62,319 nucleotides of DNA, filler included, from Choristocarpus tenellus KU-1152 (GCA_964200185.2; 8 parts of 8 records of this genome joined end to end with filler, not necessarily neighbours in it); one strand, 5' to 3'. Positions 13,901 to 28,200 are shown, numbered from the whole stretch's first letter. The notes: generated by a model from the letters alone, not told the origin. A program made the numbers and translations.

Positions 13901-14712
13901 ACTCCCTACCTGTGTCTATTTCAATAGCATTAGCTGGAATGGACATGGATGTGTTGGACTATACTATGATATCCTGTTGTTGGTTATTTTGGTGGTTAGA
14001 ATTATTTGTGTGTGTGTTTTTCATTGACGTGCTGTGTTTGCCCTCCTTGGCAGGCAAAGGTATTCCAGAATCGTTCAACAGCGTTGAGGAGGCAGATGCG
14101 ATGCAAGGCAATCAAGGTGAATGAACCACTATTACCTGTTCATTTTTTTTGCATTAGGGTTAGGGTTAGGTTCTTCTGTGGCAATGTGTTGCACATATAA
14201 CTGAAATTAAGACATGAAACTCAGACACTCTCAACTACTTTATAATAAGGCGCCAGTTGTCTTAGCTTGCACTAAACAATAATAGCCCCTCCTTTGGGGG
14301 TGTTGGGTGCGATTCCAAGGAGCTTGGGGTCAAAACGCCAAGACATATGTGGACACCACAGTGACTACAGGGCTGCACAAAATGCTGAGGCAATGTCTAT
14401 AGATCTCTGTTTTTATGCTTACAGACTATGGTTACCCATGGTGCCATTATCTCTGACTCACATTAATGTTTTCATTTTCCTTGAGTCTAACTTGAATAAT
14501 ATGAACCCTTGTTTCTCCTTCGCCGCTGGTTACCCCCCCTTCCCCCCCCCCCCCCCTTTTTTCTTTCGTTTCCCCTGCCCCCGCCCTGTTGGTTTTGCTG
14601 TCCTTGTGTGCACCTCCAGATGTGGATATTGTTAGCATTTATCGTCATCATCCTGCTCGTTGTTATTATTGTGCCCATAGTCAACCACTACAACAATAAC
14701 GAGAACAACTAA
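10978..14712 (+). CDS. VAMP7: Longin-domain R-SNARE, VAMP7/synaptobrevin family, 226 aa, 6 exons
   Basis: Exons 10978-11082, 11409-11594, 12012-12134, 13433-13543, 14054-14116 and 14620-14712, all with GT-AG phase-0 introns. Longin motif CVTDKDYPARIAFMMLEEM; SNARE helix DKVDVVKTIMEDNIQQMLANEERLDHISQNAENLNEQAKVFQNRSTALRRQM; C-terminal TM helix WILLAFIVIILLVVIIVPIV. Confidence 0.93.
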
Positions 14713-15792
14713 GGCTGGATTGATTGCAAGTGACATCACCATTAATGGAGTGAAAGTAAATCTTCGTGCTGTGTTTGTGTCATGGTGTGTCTGCTGCTCA
14801 CTCAGTGTGCCAAATACTCATTTTTCATTGTTTATACCAAAATTTGTGGGGCCGGGCTTTAGCCACACCAAGGGAACACACTGTGGGAAACTTGGAGCAT
14901 ATACAAAAAGATTTTCTTACTATTGAAGACACCCAGAAGACACCTGGAATTTCCCAACATACATGAACCCACTTCATATCTATCTACACTGTGCATCTCA
15001 ACCAGATGGTGTGTTCTGTAGTTCAAAGGTGGAAACAGCCCACCCCAGCAGAGTTATTGTTGGACATACTTGCCCCTCAAGCCTTGGTGTTAGGGGTTAG
15101 GGCAGACAGCAGGACCTTTACCACTGAGAGGAAAGTAACCCCCACTCTTTTTACGTATCTTAGAGGGAGAGGTACCAAATGGATTTTGGGAAGCCTTGTG
15201 GAATGTTTAGAGTGTGAACAAGATGAGGCATGATGGTGGGAGAAATGAGAGTAGTTTTTCATCTCAGGGAAGGCCTGGGATACTATGCATATGTTGCCTG
15301 CTTATCAACGTGGGGACCTAGGAAGGTGGATTGATTTCTGATTATTGTCAGTTTGTCCTTAATTGTTGTAATTTTTTGGAGCACAGTAGGGATACTAAAC
15401 ATTATACATAATCCCAATCATAAGAGCATGTATTTATCTTTAAGAACTGTCTTGTAAACATTTATTTCCAACGTAGTGTTCTTTACATTGGTTAACACAT
15501 TATTAGAGCACTGCCAATGAGCACATGCTTAGTGCTGTGTATCTCTGTCCCCGAGCACTAACCATGGTTAAAACCATGTTCTGAACAGCTCAAGTGATGT
15601 TGTGAGAACTTTGCAACTTTGGTTTCATATGAACCTTTGGCATAGAGTTTGCCAAGTCCTCGTCCTGGAAATGCTATGGTTTTGGCACCATGCCCCAAAG
15701 TGCTTGCACTTTGCTCTGCTCTGTGTCAATTTTTTAGCACTTGTGCACTTACTGTGTTCACAAAGTTTTTGAAGAGTGACCTATGTCATTTA

Positions 15793-17290
15793 TCAACAAC
15801 CCACACCCCTCTCACTATCCCCATCAACATGCCCCAATGCATGACCTTGTACTCTGTAAACATATATATGCAAACCATGCACAACCAAAGTTGACCTCGA
15901 AAACCAACCAGGGATCTTGAACTGGACAAGTTGTTGTTGTGCACAAGGTGAAGGGTAGGGAACGACGAGTTTTGTAGAATTAGCGCACTCTCCAGCATGG
16001 ATTTAGGGTTCAACTCTCTCGGAACATTCTTCACAAGACATCCTGAAAATATACAAATAATCTGCATTATTAACTGACTCAAATTCGGTCTGATGAACAT
16101 AATTTTTGAACTTTGAAATGAAAAGATAGTTATGTTGCCATAATATATTCGATAAAAATAGGCAAGGTACGTCCTGTTGTGCACTCACCCCCACAGAGAC
16201 AACACGAGCTCCTGGTGTGACCTCTGCCTCCAGCTTGGCCTTGATTCGTGTCAAACCCTAGATGAGGATGCAGAGCAATAGGAAGCATAAGATTTGCATT
16301 TCTGGTGAGGGGCCAAGAGAGCGGCAAGTTCCGGAAGTGTGACTGGGGTGAAACCACTCCTTGGTATTAAGTTACATCCGGACTTGTTTGCCTAGGCAGG
16401 CGTTTCGATGGGCACACTCTTGAACGTCAAATAAGATGGCAAGAGACGGAAGTACAAAGACAAGGCACTTTCATAAAGCGCACCAAAATAAACACCACTA
16501 GCTCGTACAACTGAGACAATCCTTAATGTACCATGTACACTTTGATCCATGTACATGGAGGCCTTAGAAGAGGAAGTTCCATACTCACCTTGCGAAAGAG
16601 GTAGACGATAATAACTGTTCCCACGCTCAGAGACACTTCGAAGATGTCACGCTTCTCCAAAGTCACTGTAGAGGAGAGCTGAGGATGCAGCAGCAGCGTC
16701 ATCACAGCAGTTGGGAGTGGTTGCACCAATCGTCTACAAAGCCAACGCTGGTCTCTCGAACGACCAACCAACTCAATGGGGAGTGACTAGGCATTTCTAA
16801 GCTCAAGTAGCTACGCCTTATGTCTACACATGCACAGAGTGGCGCAAGGCCCCCGAATAAATACTTCATATCCATAGTCATATCGACATACCCCCTCTTG
16901 GAGGATATCGGCTCGTCCCTTATCCAACAGTTGTTGGTTGAGATCAAAGCCCCATCCCCTACATCCGGCCCGTTTCGCAGCAGCTGTAAGCCATCGACCG
17001 TCCCCACAACCAAGGTCGATGAGTACGTCGTCCGAAGAGAGCGATAACATGCACAGCACCCTACATAGTCCAGGGTAGTGTCAACGGACGCGCAGTTGAG
17101 GTGATTGAGTTTTGTTATCAATGAAATACAAGGAGTTTTGTTATCGTTCTTTCTACTTTACTTACTCTTCCACAACGGCCAGGGGTGAGGGGCTGATGGG
17201 CGCTATCAGCGATGTCTCCGCTGTTTCCTGCGCATAAATGTCCCTGGCACGGCGCAAAACGGCTTCAAGGACTCCTCCTTGTCCTGGCAT
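15793..17290 (-). CDS. Class I SAM-dependent methyltransferase, FAM173 (ANTKMT/ATPSCKMT)-like, 193 aa, 5 exons
   Basis: Exons 17290-17166, 17060-16892, 16678-16589, 16257-16189 and 15921-15793 join in frame across GT-AG introns. Motifs: APISPSP, motif I VLIDLGCGDGR, GWGFDLN, DIF...TVIIVYLF, KLEAEVTPGARVVSVGFKIPGW. Confidence 0.88.
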
Positions 17291-18099
17291 AATAACCAAA
17301 ATGCAGGTTCTTTGTTATGGTTAACATGCCAGCTAGGCCAGCACTCGCAATAGATACGGTTCCAGTGAGATGATTTTCGACTTCGGCCCTAGTAGATACT
17401 TGTAGATGGCGAGAGGAACTGCTGCTACTATACCTTGACCTGTAACTTGTTGTAGGTTCACTCTAGTTTATTGAGAAGAAATAAAGAAAGACTTCGGTGT
17501 TGAAACCTCAAGGAAAACAAAATTTGAACCTCCAGGAAATGTGTGGGTCGCCCCTTCCCAATACAAGTCGGGGAGCTCCAAGACTCAAAGAGAGTAGAGG
17601 ATTGGTGCCACTCTCTTTGCTCACTGGCGCTATTCTTATCCTCCTCAGTATCCTCAGCCTGTATATATTATGGCACATTCCAAAAGATAGTGTCAGTAAT
17701 CGGTCAACATTTTTTCTTGTAATTACAATTCTTCTTCACCACTCACTCACTTCCCTCCCTACTCCCTTAAACACACAATAAACAACAATACTATCGTAGA
17801 TCCTTGATGGGACTGTGAATCTTGGTGGTAAGGTGTAATGACCCCGTCACATACTGGGTTCACCAAGGATATTGCGTCAGCCCAGTGTCCCCTCGATTTA
17901 AATTGTTTGCGCAACAACAGTGTTTATGATTAAAATAGACGAGTTTGGAAATATCATGTCCCCTCCTTTCAAAGATGCATGGTGGGAGATTACCCGGATG
18001 GGAAAAATTTACTGCATATTATTATGAGCAACAAAAATAGTATGGTTTCCGACCCCTGCAATCTACACTGACATAATGTACACCGTAACATGCATGTAC

Positions 18100-18870
18100 C
18101 CTGAAAGAGAGTAAGTCGGGGAAAGGATACACTTACTACACCCATTCATCATCATGTATGTGTTCTATTGATCTACAGAAAGCGGAAGACTTTGACAATC
18201 GCGATCTCCTGTTGTAGTATAGGGTCGTTGTCCTTAAGAAAGAAAACACTGCCATCAGTCATTCACTAAATTCCATCATGGAATAATGTGGGCGTGTGCT
18301 CGGATTGATGATGATTAAGAGTGCACGGACAATTTGAGGTTGAACAGGGCCTTCAACAAGGAAGTGCTGTGAGTTCTATTGCTTCTATCCTCTTCAACAT
18401 CTCCATCATTCCAGCGATGAATGTACCAGTTAGGGAGTTCGCTTCAGACCTGGCCATTTCTAAAGAAGGGTGTTGTTTCATCAAGAAGAAAAGAGAACCA
18501 CCACAAGCAGACAGGTTAAAGGAGGAGGTATAACAGGAATGGAGAAACTATTTATTATTATTAGTGGATCATGTCGGATATGCTTTATTTTGCAGATGAT
18601 ACACAGTTATTAGAAGGAAAATTGGCCAGGATGATGGTGTAGCAAGTGATATTGTGAAGGTGGCATGATCATTCACCATTCAGTATGGCATATCGAAATT
18701 GACGAGGAAGGTCGTGTCTCAATGTTGAATGTGCTTTTGGCCTCTTAACAGAGCCATAGAAAGCATCATGTGCAGATCTTGCCGTTGGGTCAAAATGAAA
18801 AGCAGAAGACTGAAAAGTTCGTTACCACTGCCTCACTGCCGAGATCATGCCCAGGATGCACAAGGTGAGA
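18100..18870 (+). mobile_element. Decayed LINE (RTE-like) reverse transcriptase fragment
   Basis: GQFEVEQGLQQGSAVS...ILFNI (GLRQG/PxLFN motifs) and a LYFADD catalytic motif near 18583-18600. Heavily disrupted. Confidence 0.7.
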
Positions 18871-19209
18871 TTGTTTCCGCAAATAATATAAAAATAGTCA
18901 CTCTATGACATAAGAACTACACACAAGTACATCACATGAGCTTAAGGTTCGAATGCAAGGGTGAACTGTTTTTAAAGTTCTTCTATCATCTGTAACCGAC
19001 TGAATCGGACACTTACGAATTGATGGGTGGGCTAACTCTCCATTGTTGTTATTATGAAGATAGTATCCACATATTATCAACGAATTGAGGGGGTGTGAGG
19101 TATAAGTTGAATGATCGTCAGAAGGCTAGTGGTAGATGTTCATTGAGAGAGATAGCCATAGTGGATCCTGTAGTCCTAGGTATTCTTTGAACGTACCTCA
19201 CTCAGTACA

Positions 19210-19281
19210 GGGTCAAAGTATCTGGGGGGGGGGTCGGCGTCCGTGTTTCACCCTTTTTTCGATTTTTACTTTTTTTTTTGG
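19210..19281 (+). mobile_element. Left end of TIR element, poly-G subfamily (truncated by gap)
   Basis: gggtcaaagtatctggggggggg...tttcacccttttttcgattt is nearly identical to the sequence at 47126-47190. Confidence 0.7.
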
Positions 19282-19381
19282 NNNNNNNNNNNNNNNNNNN
19301 NNNNNNNNNNNNNNNNNNNNNNNNNTTAATTAATTAANNNNNNNNNNNNNNNNNNNNNNNNNNNNNNNNNNNNNNNNNNNN
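19282..19381. other. Artificial contig linker (N44-TTAATTAATTAA-N44); also at 31470-31569, 43694-43793, 46494-46593, 50112-50211, 54893-54992 and 57589-57688
   Basis: An identical 100-bp spacer with stops in all six frames occurs seven times. Confidence 0.97.
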
Positions 19382-19578
19382 AATTTGGGGTCATGCCCAT
19401 CCTCAATGAAAAGCTCCATCCTCAATTTTTGAAATCCCCTGTTAACTATGAAAGGTATGTCCGGAGCGAGGATATTGACACTTTCTAACAAAAAGAATAG
19501 TCAAAATCAATCAAAATCGCAACATTGAATTTTGGACCCCAAACGGACGCAATCTTACCCTCTTAAATGCTTTGACCC
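19382..19578 (-). mobile_element. Partial copy of the ~257-bp MITE (family A)
   Basis: gtccggagcgaggatattgacactttctaacaaaaa...caacattgaattttggaccccaaacggacgcaatcttaccctcttaaatgctttgaccc is the reverse complement of the 21889 and 37201 copies. Confidence 0.8.
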
Positions 19579-19839
19579 AAACACTGTAACAGCATCAACA
19601 AGATTCTAGGTTACTTCCAGTTTAGGTTTTCCAATGCATCAACCGTAGTTGCATCTTTGAAGATAAACCCAATTCCATCCAAACCATGAATCCATCTCAA
19701 TTTATATTGAATAATAAACAAGAAATATATTAAGGCACTCGTAGCTGGACCTGCTCCTAGACTGGCACTTTGAAGTAAGCAACATCGAAATATGGGGAAA
19801 ATCTCAGTAGTCAGTTAGGCTCGGCCTCACCCACGGGAA

Positions 19840-20080
19840 AAGTGTCTCAGACTTGAAGCAGATAACACACCAGGAGATCACACGTGTACCACTACTTTGC
19901 CATCTCAACACAACAAATTGCAGGCATGCCTTCACCATCATACTGTCCCGGCTGAGGCTATCTCTCACCCAATCCCCCCAACACCCACCCTGTAAGTCGC
20001 CAGCTCATCCAGAAATCACATTGCCTGCCTTGTGTGTCCCGAGATGCCCAAAGCCTCCCACTTCAAAATAGAGACTGAAT
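19840..20080 (-). mobile_element. Second decayed fragment of the RLE-type LINE tail
   Basis: Minus strand ...tttctggatgagctggcgacttac... (FLDELATY) matches 7915-7940 (ctggatgagttggctacatac) and is preceded by FEVGGFGHLG. Confidence 0.45.
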
Positions 20081-21888
20081 ACCATGTTGAAGATTGTTCA
20101 AGCCAATGGACATTTTGTAGATAGTGTTCACATGGGGAAGTTCTAAGATTGTAAGTATTTATTCACCTGGATATGGCATATAAAATTATGCCTATGAACG
20201 ATAAAATCCCATGTACCATTTTAACACACCAGCCAAGTTGTTGGAAACAAATCCATTCAAATGAGGTCTTTTCCTCACATGCTGGTAAATTGTCTGTGGA
20301 GAAAGTCTACTGATAGCGCAGTTTCATGTCTATACACACACTTATTACTGTGTATGAACAATAGGTGATTCCCTTGCACACTCACGTTGCTTCTTGTCCC
20401 TCACGCTATATCTACAAAATATTTGTGGCCATGAAAAAATTGTTTCATGTACGTACATTCACAAATGTGTGTACAAGGGGTGGACGATCTTCTTTCACAT
20501 TGTAGGGGCACCGCTCCAAACATGCTGCTTCCATAACAAGGAAGGGTCAACTCACCTATTTGCTTTTGTCTGATTAAGGTACTTCCCAAGAATCGAAGTG
20601 ATGATGTAGAAGTAGAGGGATATGCTGTTTTACTTTGTCTAATTTCTTTTTGTTGGACCCTATTAGAAACACAACCTTGTTCTAGCTTGCTATTGCGATA
20701 TATGCATTTCTGGTTTTGTTTTTCATTATGGGGATAAATAGCAATATGCAAGACATCAGGGATGCTTCTTACATTCTTCAGATAGTATTTTCCTATTATT
20801 CACACAGTCTGAGGCCATGTTGGTAAAATACAGTGCAGAAAAGCAAGTAATAAGCACAGATATACAATAGGCAAAGTGGAGGATGAAAACGGATTGATTA
20901 TAGCTTGATGTAAACGCATAGTATTATATTGCACTTTGGATAGAAATCAGCTTTGTCATTGCCAGCATAACCAAGGTCCTGCCTGCTCAATCGTGGTTGT
21001 ATTGTCACTCTGTCCCCCCTACTTAATCATGGCTGTTTTGTTCTGCTCCCTTGATGACTGCAAGGTCTTTGAACGTAACCCGGTCAGTGCTGAACTCCTT
21101 TGATTGCAAGCCATCTTCATCACCATCACACAGCGGTGTTTCAGGGGTCTGTGGATTCCTACTGCTATGTGTGTTCCCACTCCCCCCATGCCTCCACTCC
21201 AAGAAACCCACTTTGGTTTTGCCACTGACACAACACCCTCCTGGAAATACCTTCAGTTTAGCAAATGGTGGAAATGAGCAATATGCTGCATACTCACTTG
21301 ATAAAACATTGCTATGGCAATGTACACTCTCTGCCTTTACATGCTTATTGCCTTTCTTGCACTACTTGTACTTTTTACTGTATAGTGCTCTTCTCTCTTC
21401 CACTCTGACACTGTGTAGTTGCAGACCAGAAAGAGCTAGTTCTCGATTTACCAAAAAAAATTATATCAGCTCCAGAGAAATGATACAACTGTGTATAATA
21501 TTTGAGGGTGGTCGTTTTGCTCGAGTGGTCGCAGATGTCAAATCAAAACCAGTCAGTAGATTAGGGTGGAGTATTTGATGGTGAAAGTTTCGGTATTGTG
21601 GTCTTGAATCAGATATGGATGTTGAGCTCAGCATGGGTCAAGGAACAAAACCCCACATGCATCTCTCTGCATTGTGAAGTATTTGCTTGTTTGCAGGATT
21701 ATTGGATTTTGTTCTTGGTCTGGGGTCTCGATGCTTGGTCCATTTCTGAGTCTAACACCATCACCTAATAGTTGTATATTATTTGTACGTACACTTTTCT
21801 GTCAACCTATAGTGATGTATGGAGTACCTGTGAACAAGCACACTATGTCAAGCAAGTCCACTATTCTTACTAATCAATTATGATGGTT

Positions 21889-22146
21889 GAGCCAAAGTAT
21901 CTTAGAGGGTAGGGCCACGTCCATTTGGGGGTCAAAATCCAATGTTATGATAAAGATGTAGTTTTGGTTATCGCGTTTGTTAGGAAGTGTAAATATCTAT
22001 GTTTCGGACACATCTTTTCATAACGTACACATTTTACCTACTCCCAAACATTTTGGAGTGGGAAAGTGTCATAAAAACACCCATGGGAAGCCAAGTCCCG
22101 AATGGACAAACAGCACAATCCCGTACCCTCTAAGATACTTTCACTT
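21889..22146 (+). mobile_element. MITE family A, complete copy (258 bp), TSD GTT
   Basis: TIRs gagccaaagtatcttagagggta / taccctctaagatactttcactt; gtt at 21886-21888 and 22147-22149. Confidence 0.9.
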
Positions 22147-22249
22147 GTTTATAGTAGTGATGATGACAGTGTTGCCTTCGGCGCCTCTACAGAGCTAGCA
22201 CACACAATGTAGAATGCCATTGTCAGCAAGTACCATCAAATTCTGATAC

Positions 22250-22700
22250 ATAGACACAACTCTATGAGAACCTCAAACCCACACCATTTTTCTTGGTGCA
22301 CATTTTGGTACAACCACGACAATCATGGTAATATCTTGAACCTACAGTATATTATATCAAAGAGAAACTGTGGCATACTAGAGAATGTGTTCCAGGTATA
22401 GATGGCAAGGTCAGAGTCTTGACACTTACAGCAACCATATCCACATTGCCTACTTTTGGATGCCTTGCATTACATCACCCCCGGGAGTGAACAATTTCAG
22501 ACTTCCACTGCAATTGTTGTGTGCATGCTCCATGTACGGTTGTGTCTTGTAATGACATCACATGCATGCAGAATATTCCTTGTACACATCCAATTAATTC
22601 TCAAATCTAATATTTCACTTTCAGGTGTGATGATGGTAGAGCCCTGTATGCACTGCAACATATGTGTAAGTATTTACCATGAATAGCACTATTATCAATC
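22250..22700 (+). mobile_element. Highly decayed Ty3/Gypsy integrase fragment
   Basis: Remnants LGAHFGTTTT...REC (HHCC zinc-binding-like) followed by LQQP...ITPGS...AIVV. Multiple frameshifts. Confidence 0.35.
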
Positions 22701-24239
22701 CTTCAGCCCTACACATACCACTTGCACATCCAGAGTGTTGCATATCTTTTATGTTGTTACCTGATTTAGTTCTAACACCAGACCAAATTCTGTACAGCAC
22801 TTTTATAAGCTATGACAAATACTCCAAGTATTTTGGAGTAGATATACCATTATTGTCAGATATGTAACATATGTAGGTGTGATAAGCATGAATAGCTTAT
22901 CAAGCGAGGAGGATTAAAGAACATCACGAACACAGATCACTGATCAGCATCACCATTGCAGAAAGGTTTAGTACAAAAAATGAGTTTGGGTGAGCCTTAC
23001 CACCCTGTGTATCCTTAAAACTTTTTCTCAACCTGTTTGGTGGTAACACAATTACTTATTCTCCGTCCATGTTTCAACTCTACCAAAGGTGACCATCCCT
23101 TCATCACCTACCAATGGCAAGATGACTCAACAAGAAGAGATGCCTCTCGTCAACATCCTCAGCCATCCAACACGCATCACTCCACCTACTCCTTACATGG
23201 ATCTATGTGAATTGCTTTCTGCTAACACAACAAAGCACTATTTTTGGAATGCATGGAACCATGCTACTACACTACCCAAACAAGATAGTCCAAAATATGT
23301 CAGCAAGAATACCAAAGGTAGACATTCCATGGTAAGTAAAGCAGTTAGCAAGATCCTATGCCAATTGCGAATGCATTTCATGACTAAGAATGTGCTTACC
23401 TCATTCTCCTGCAATTGGTACAGAACAAGAGACTCCTCTGCCACTCTCTCTCTCTCTTCAACTCATAGGAAACAAAAGGGGTCGCTTAGTTAAAGGGTCC
23501 ATACAGCAAGTGTCTCTATGATTCCCAACTGCAGGATATGTTGTACTAGTCTAGTAGAGTTCTATCATAGTTCTCACTTGTATTTCAGTCTCACCCAGGA
23601 TGCACACAGGAGAACACATCTCCATTTAGCACATCCCACCCCTTCTGGGTTGTCATTCATCTTCCCATGCTCACAATCCCCTACACTACTGTGGTTGCAA
23701 AGACAGCATGCACACACTTAAGACTACGGGAGGGGAAGAGTGGTACGCACCTAGCAGGTACACATCCTTTGCCACTACTAGCTGATGTGATGCCTGTTGA
23801 AGGTTCCCACTAGTAGTGAGAGCACGTGCCACACAATAACTAGCATGCACAACAAATCAAGTCAAAAAAAGGACAGTAGTACAGATCTAGTATAGAGGGG
23901 TTAGATCAAGTAGGAACACAGCATTTCCTCACAAGTACATGTGTAGAACTTGTGTCACATAATGAACACTTTGCACTTGCTTCTCTCCCTCTACCAGGAC
24001 TCTCTCAACCATCCCATTCGTTGCCTCTCTCTATCACTCCAATCTTTACTTCACATTCCCCTACACCCTTTCCCAATTTTGGTCTGCGACTCAATGGGCA
24101 CAATCAACTGTCAGAAGGTATTGAACTATCAGTTTCCCCCTTGAAAAAATATCTCAAACATCGGAAGTCATTCTCAATACTTCCAGTTGAATACCTGTTT
24201 GACTACATCACACCACTCTTCCTGTCTCTGGCTAGTATG

Positions 24240-27200
24240 TTACAGCAGTAGCTGTGCCGGGTTATTCTCAAGGAGGTCAGCAAGACCACGCAAGAACTCT
24301 GCTGCATCTGCCCCATAGATGTGTCGGTGATCACAGGTTATCGTTACAGTCATCTCCTTTACAACACCAATGCTGCAAAATGGGCATTGGAGTGGACATA
24401 GGAGGAACATGAAGCAACAAACAGAAAGATTAGTGGGTTGTAGGTCAACATTTAAAAGTCAACCTATGATCTCCAGCATTTGCCTTGTCCCATTACAGGA
24501 TTGGTTGCGAATTTGTCTGCAGTGTCCAGGTGAAGAACTGGGTAGGCAGCATTAGAAAGGGCGGTAAACTTTTCACACACGTGGCCTTCCCAGAAGGTAA
24601 TACAGAAAATAGTGAGCTAAGCCAAGAGCGTCTCCATGACAAAGGTGTCACCTATATGATCAAAGTGATGCGGCCAAAGCATCCTCAACAAAATTAAAAG
24701 ACCTGTGCATACTCCTTGGTGGTGGCATCCATAATAAACCCCTTTTACCAGCAAAATGAGATGGGTAGGTATGGAAATGATCCAACTTCACAATTAGCAC
24801 ACTACGACACTAGCTTCACACTTATGATTCCAAGGCAAGTCAATTGTGAAGCTGTGCATGAGATTGTATGAGGGTTGTGAACAGTACAGTAGTGCAACAG
24901 TATAACCCTAGCCATACATGAGTCCATAATTGAAGCTCCTGACTGCTTTGCCCCTTACACAGCAATAAAATCGCAACATCCAGAACTTTGAGTTCGCTTC
25001 AAAAGTTGATCAACCATTTCCAACTCCTCAACTCACTGTGATTGTAGCACTTCTCATGTGTGTATGTATTTACGTATATATGTGTGATCTGACTTGTTCT
25101 GTTATCTCCATCTCTCTGACTGCATGATTGCTAAAAAAGTTAAGCACATCTGATCTAACATCAAAATTCTAACCTTCCATCCTTCTTTTGAACCACTGTT
25201 GGCAAGGCCCCTCCAATGGCAAGAATAGACCCCATGTTCGCGGGAAGAATAGCTGCAAATTCTGATACACCTGACAAAGCAAAAATTCAAATTGGAACAG
25301 TAATGAGGTTTGCAAGTAGAACAAAAGAACCCATCATCAGGCTTCCTTACAAAAAAAAATAGTATGTTTCCTGCCGAGGTAAGTAAATGGATCCAAAAAC
25401 AAAAATAAATGTGATAGCGGCAGTTACAGGGTGGATACGATCAGAGCTAAACAGTGTGTCTGCATGGATGTTCGTAGTTGAACAGTAAGGAACTATTACT
25501 AACAGTAAGGAACTGTTACTTATCCCACGTTATGACTACTCTTTCAGCACTAAAAACAACACACTCACACACATACACGCATTAGAGACAACTAAAATAT
25601 GGAGTAAGTAGTGCTTGCAGCCAATAGGGTTGTAGAAAGCATGATATGAGTTAGTTTAGTTTGACACGCAAAGGATATGACCTCAGTCATTCCAGTTGTC
25701 ATCTCAGCTAACATTCCAACAGGTGTAATACTGACAGCAGGCATGAATATGTCATTTACCAAGCAGCAAGAAAGTGAACCAAAGGGGATGGGTCTTCTAC
25801 ACCCAATCTGATTCCGTTATCACAGGACTGACCCTACTCCCAGTATGAAATAAAGCATCATACAAGATCTGATCGCCTCTCGTGTATACAAAGCATGAGC
25901 AAAGGTTGGTTATTGTGTAGAACAGCAAAGGCCATTGTGCTGTTGTGCTGTGTGTACAACCGTGTCATAAATCTGAGACATCTCACCAAACATGCCAAGG
26001 TTGGTTATTGTGAATGTTCCTGAGTTGTACTCATCAGGCTTGAGCTGCTTTGCCTTGGCCTTCCCCACCAGCTCCTTCCACTTTGAAGAGAGTGCCAGCA
26101 GCCCCATCATGTTCGCATTCTGAAAGACACAAGACACAAGACACAAGACACAAGATAATACATAATAGTGGTAAGACAGTCCTTCCACAACAACAGAACT
26201 ACAACATGTCAAACCACATCAACAACACAAAAGCTACCTACAGCTATTAATACTAACACATCTGGAAAATTGAAAATTTGTGTAAGTATGATGAGACACC
26301 ACCTCCCCCCTTTCCTCCCACCAAGGGAAAGATGACATCACTCAAGTCATCCGAAGTCACAAAATGTATACAGGTTAATATTAATATCAAATATCAACAA
26401 AATGGTTCTATCCAGTCACTACAGCAGGGTGTCTAAAACATAAAAAAATAATATAATTGCACACATGTGGCAAAAAATATATTTAATACCCAGCACCACC
26501 TACCCACATGGATTCCATTTGGCATGGTCAATACCTGAGTGTCTAAACATGCACAACCAAAATCAAACAGGAATCCAATCCTCCTCAAAAAGGTCTTCCT
26601 TAATTGAATAAAATGCTATGCTTCATTCTGAAAAAAAGATAAAAAATAAGCACTTCCAATGGATGAAACCATGTTAATCATAATCAAACTATTAACACTT
26701 CCAATAGATGAAACCATGTTAACATAATCAAACTATTAACACTCCCAATAGATGAAACCATGTTAATCATAATCAAACTATTAACACTCCCAATAGATGA
26801 AACCATGTTAATCATAATCAAACTATTAACACTCCCAATAGATGAAACCATGTTAATCATAATTAAACTATTACCGAGAGGAGCGAAAGGTTCAATACTG
26901 TGCTCAAATAATATCAATACATTAAGGGGTTTGAAGGTGTGGGCATAAATGTAATATGTCACAATACATCAGATTGAAAAGGTAGAATAAATTTGCAAGA
27001 CTAGTTAGGGCAAAACCTTTCTTCATAGACACCATTTGTACAGTAGTAATTGATGTGTATCAGGTAGCAGTTACAAAAACACACTGATGGGGTGCATTTT
27101 TGAAATAAACCTTGACAAGTGTGAAGCGTTGATTCAAAAACAAAGGTGCCTACAGTGTCCATGAGCAGTTACATAATGCCAAGTTTATTATAAAACACTC

Positions 27201-28160
27201 AGGTAATGTACTCTACATTTTTGTACAAACCCACTGAACACAGATAATCCATGAGATCATATCAAGTGTGTACTAAGCAGAAGGATAGTGTAATGAACTC
27301 AACACAAATACGTCCTGCATAGCCAAGGGTTGAGACCCCTATAGGAAACATGGATTTGATCTTAAGGATATCTTCCAATACCAAATAGAATTTTGATGCC
27401 TCATTCATGAGAGAGAGGGACCTGAGCAGCTGATAGCAATTGTAGGGAACATAGATGGAGGGTTGGGAAAGAGCAGGTGGATGATGAATAATGTGAAAAG
27501 AGCAGGGCACACCAACCATGACCCCCAGACAAGCCTCCACACATAATACCAAAGTTGGGAACAACCAATGTGGAGGTGAAGTTAAACACCTTAAATCTGT
27601 ATCTATTTCAAACATTGCACTGGGTATGACCCTAGCAAGACCTTTAAGTTTGAGAAAAGCAAAGACCTGCCAACACCTGCCATGACCAAAGAACCCAGTC
27701 AACACCTTGAGGTCTACTATGGGAAAGTGAGGGAAAGAATACCAAACCATGACATGGACGCACAGGTATGTTTTTTTGGTCACCTTGTATGTAGTTCAAC
27801 AATCACGCACTGTTAGGTCAAGAGTGTAATTCACTCATGCTAATGCACACCTTGAGGGTGGGAGTGATGAGGCCACCATCTATGGCCACTGCCATCGCAA
27901 TGTTGATATCCTTCTGGTACACAGTCTTGCCCGGCTCATAGCGAGCATTGAGAATGGGATGCTCCTCCAGAACCAGGGCGGCAGCCTTGGCCAGCATTGC
28001 GCTCACCTTGAGTCGACGAAGTGTCCAAACATTAAAAAAAAACATGTACACACATAAAAAAAGTTCAATATCAAAAGGTTAGGACCTTTCTTGTCATAAA
28101 CTCCATAGTCCATACATAAAATACTTGAAGGGTTTTTTCATGCTGCTACAAGAATCACAA

Positions 28161-28200
<40 letters not shown>

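Noticed and set aside
10978-14712. All five VAMP7 introns being phase 0
   Set aside because: Phase 0 is the commonest phase, and five introns are too few to be meaningful.
19326-19337. Recurrent TTAATTAATTAA as a biological motif
   Set aside because: It is always centred in 88 Ns; it is an assembly linker with stops in six frames.
22368-22436. BEL/Pao-like motif PGIDGKVRVLT
   Set aside because: The match is short, and surrounding remnants fit a decayed Gypsy integrase zinc-binding region better.
26651-26873. 45-bp and 34-bp (60119-60247) repeats as CRISPR arrays
   Set aside because: The units are head-to-tail with no unique spacers, there are no cas genes, and the context is eukaryotic intron/intergenic DNA.
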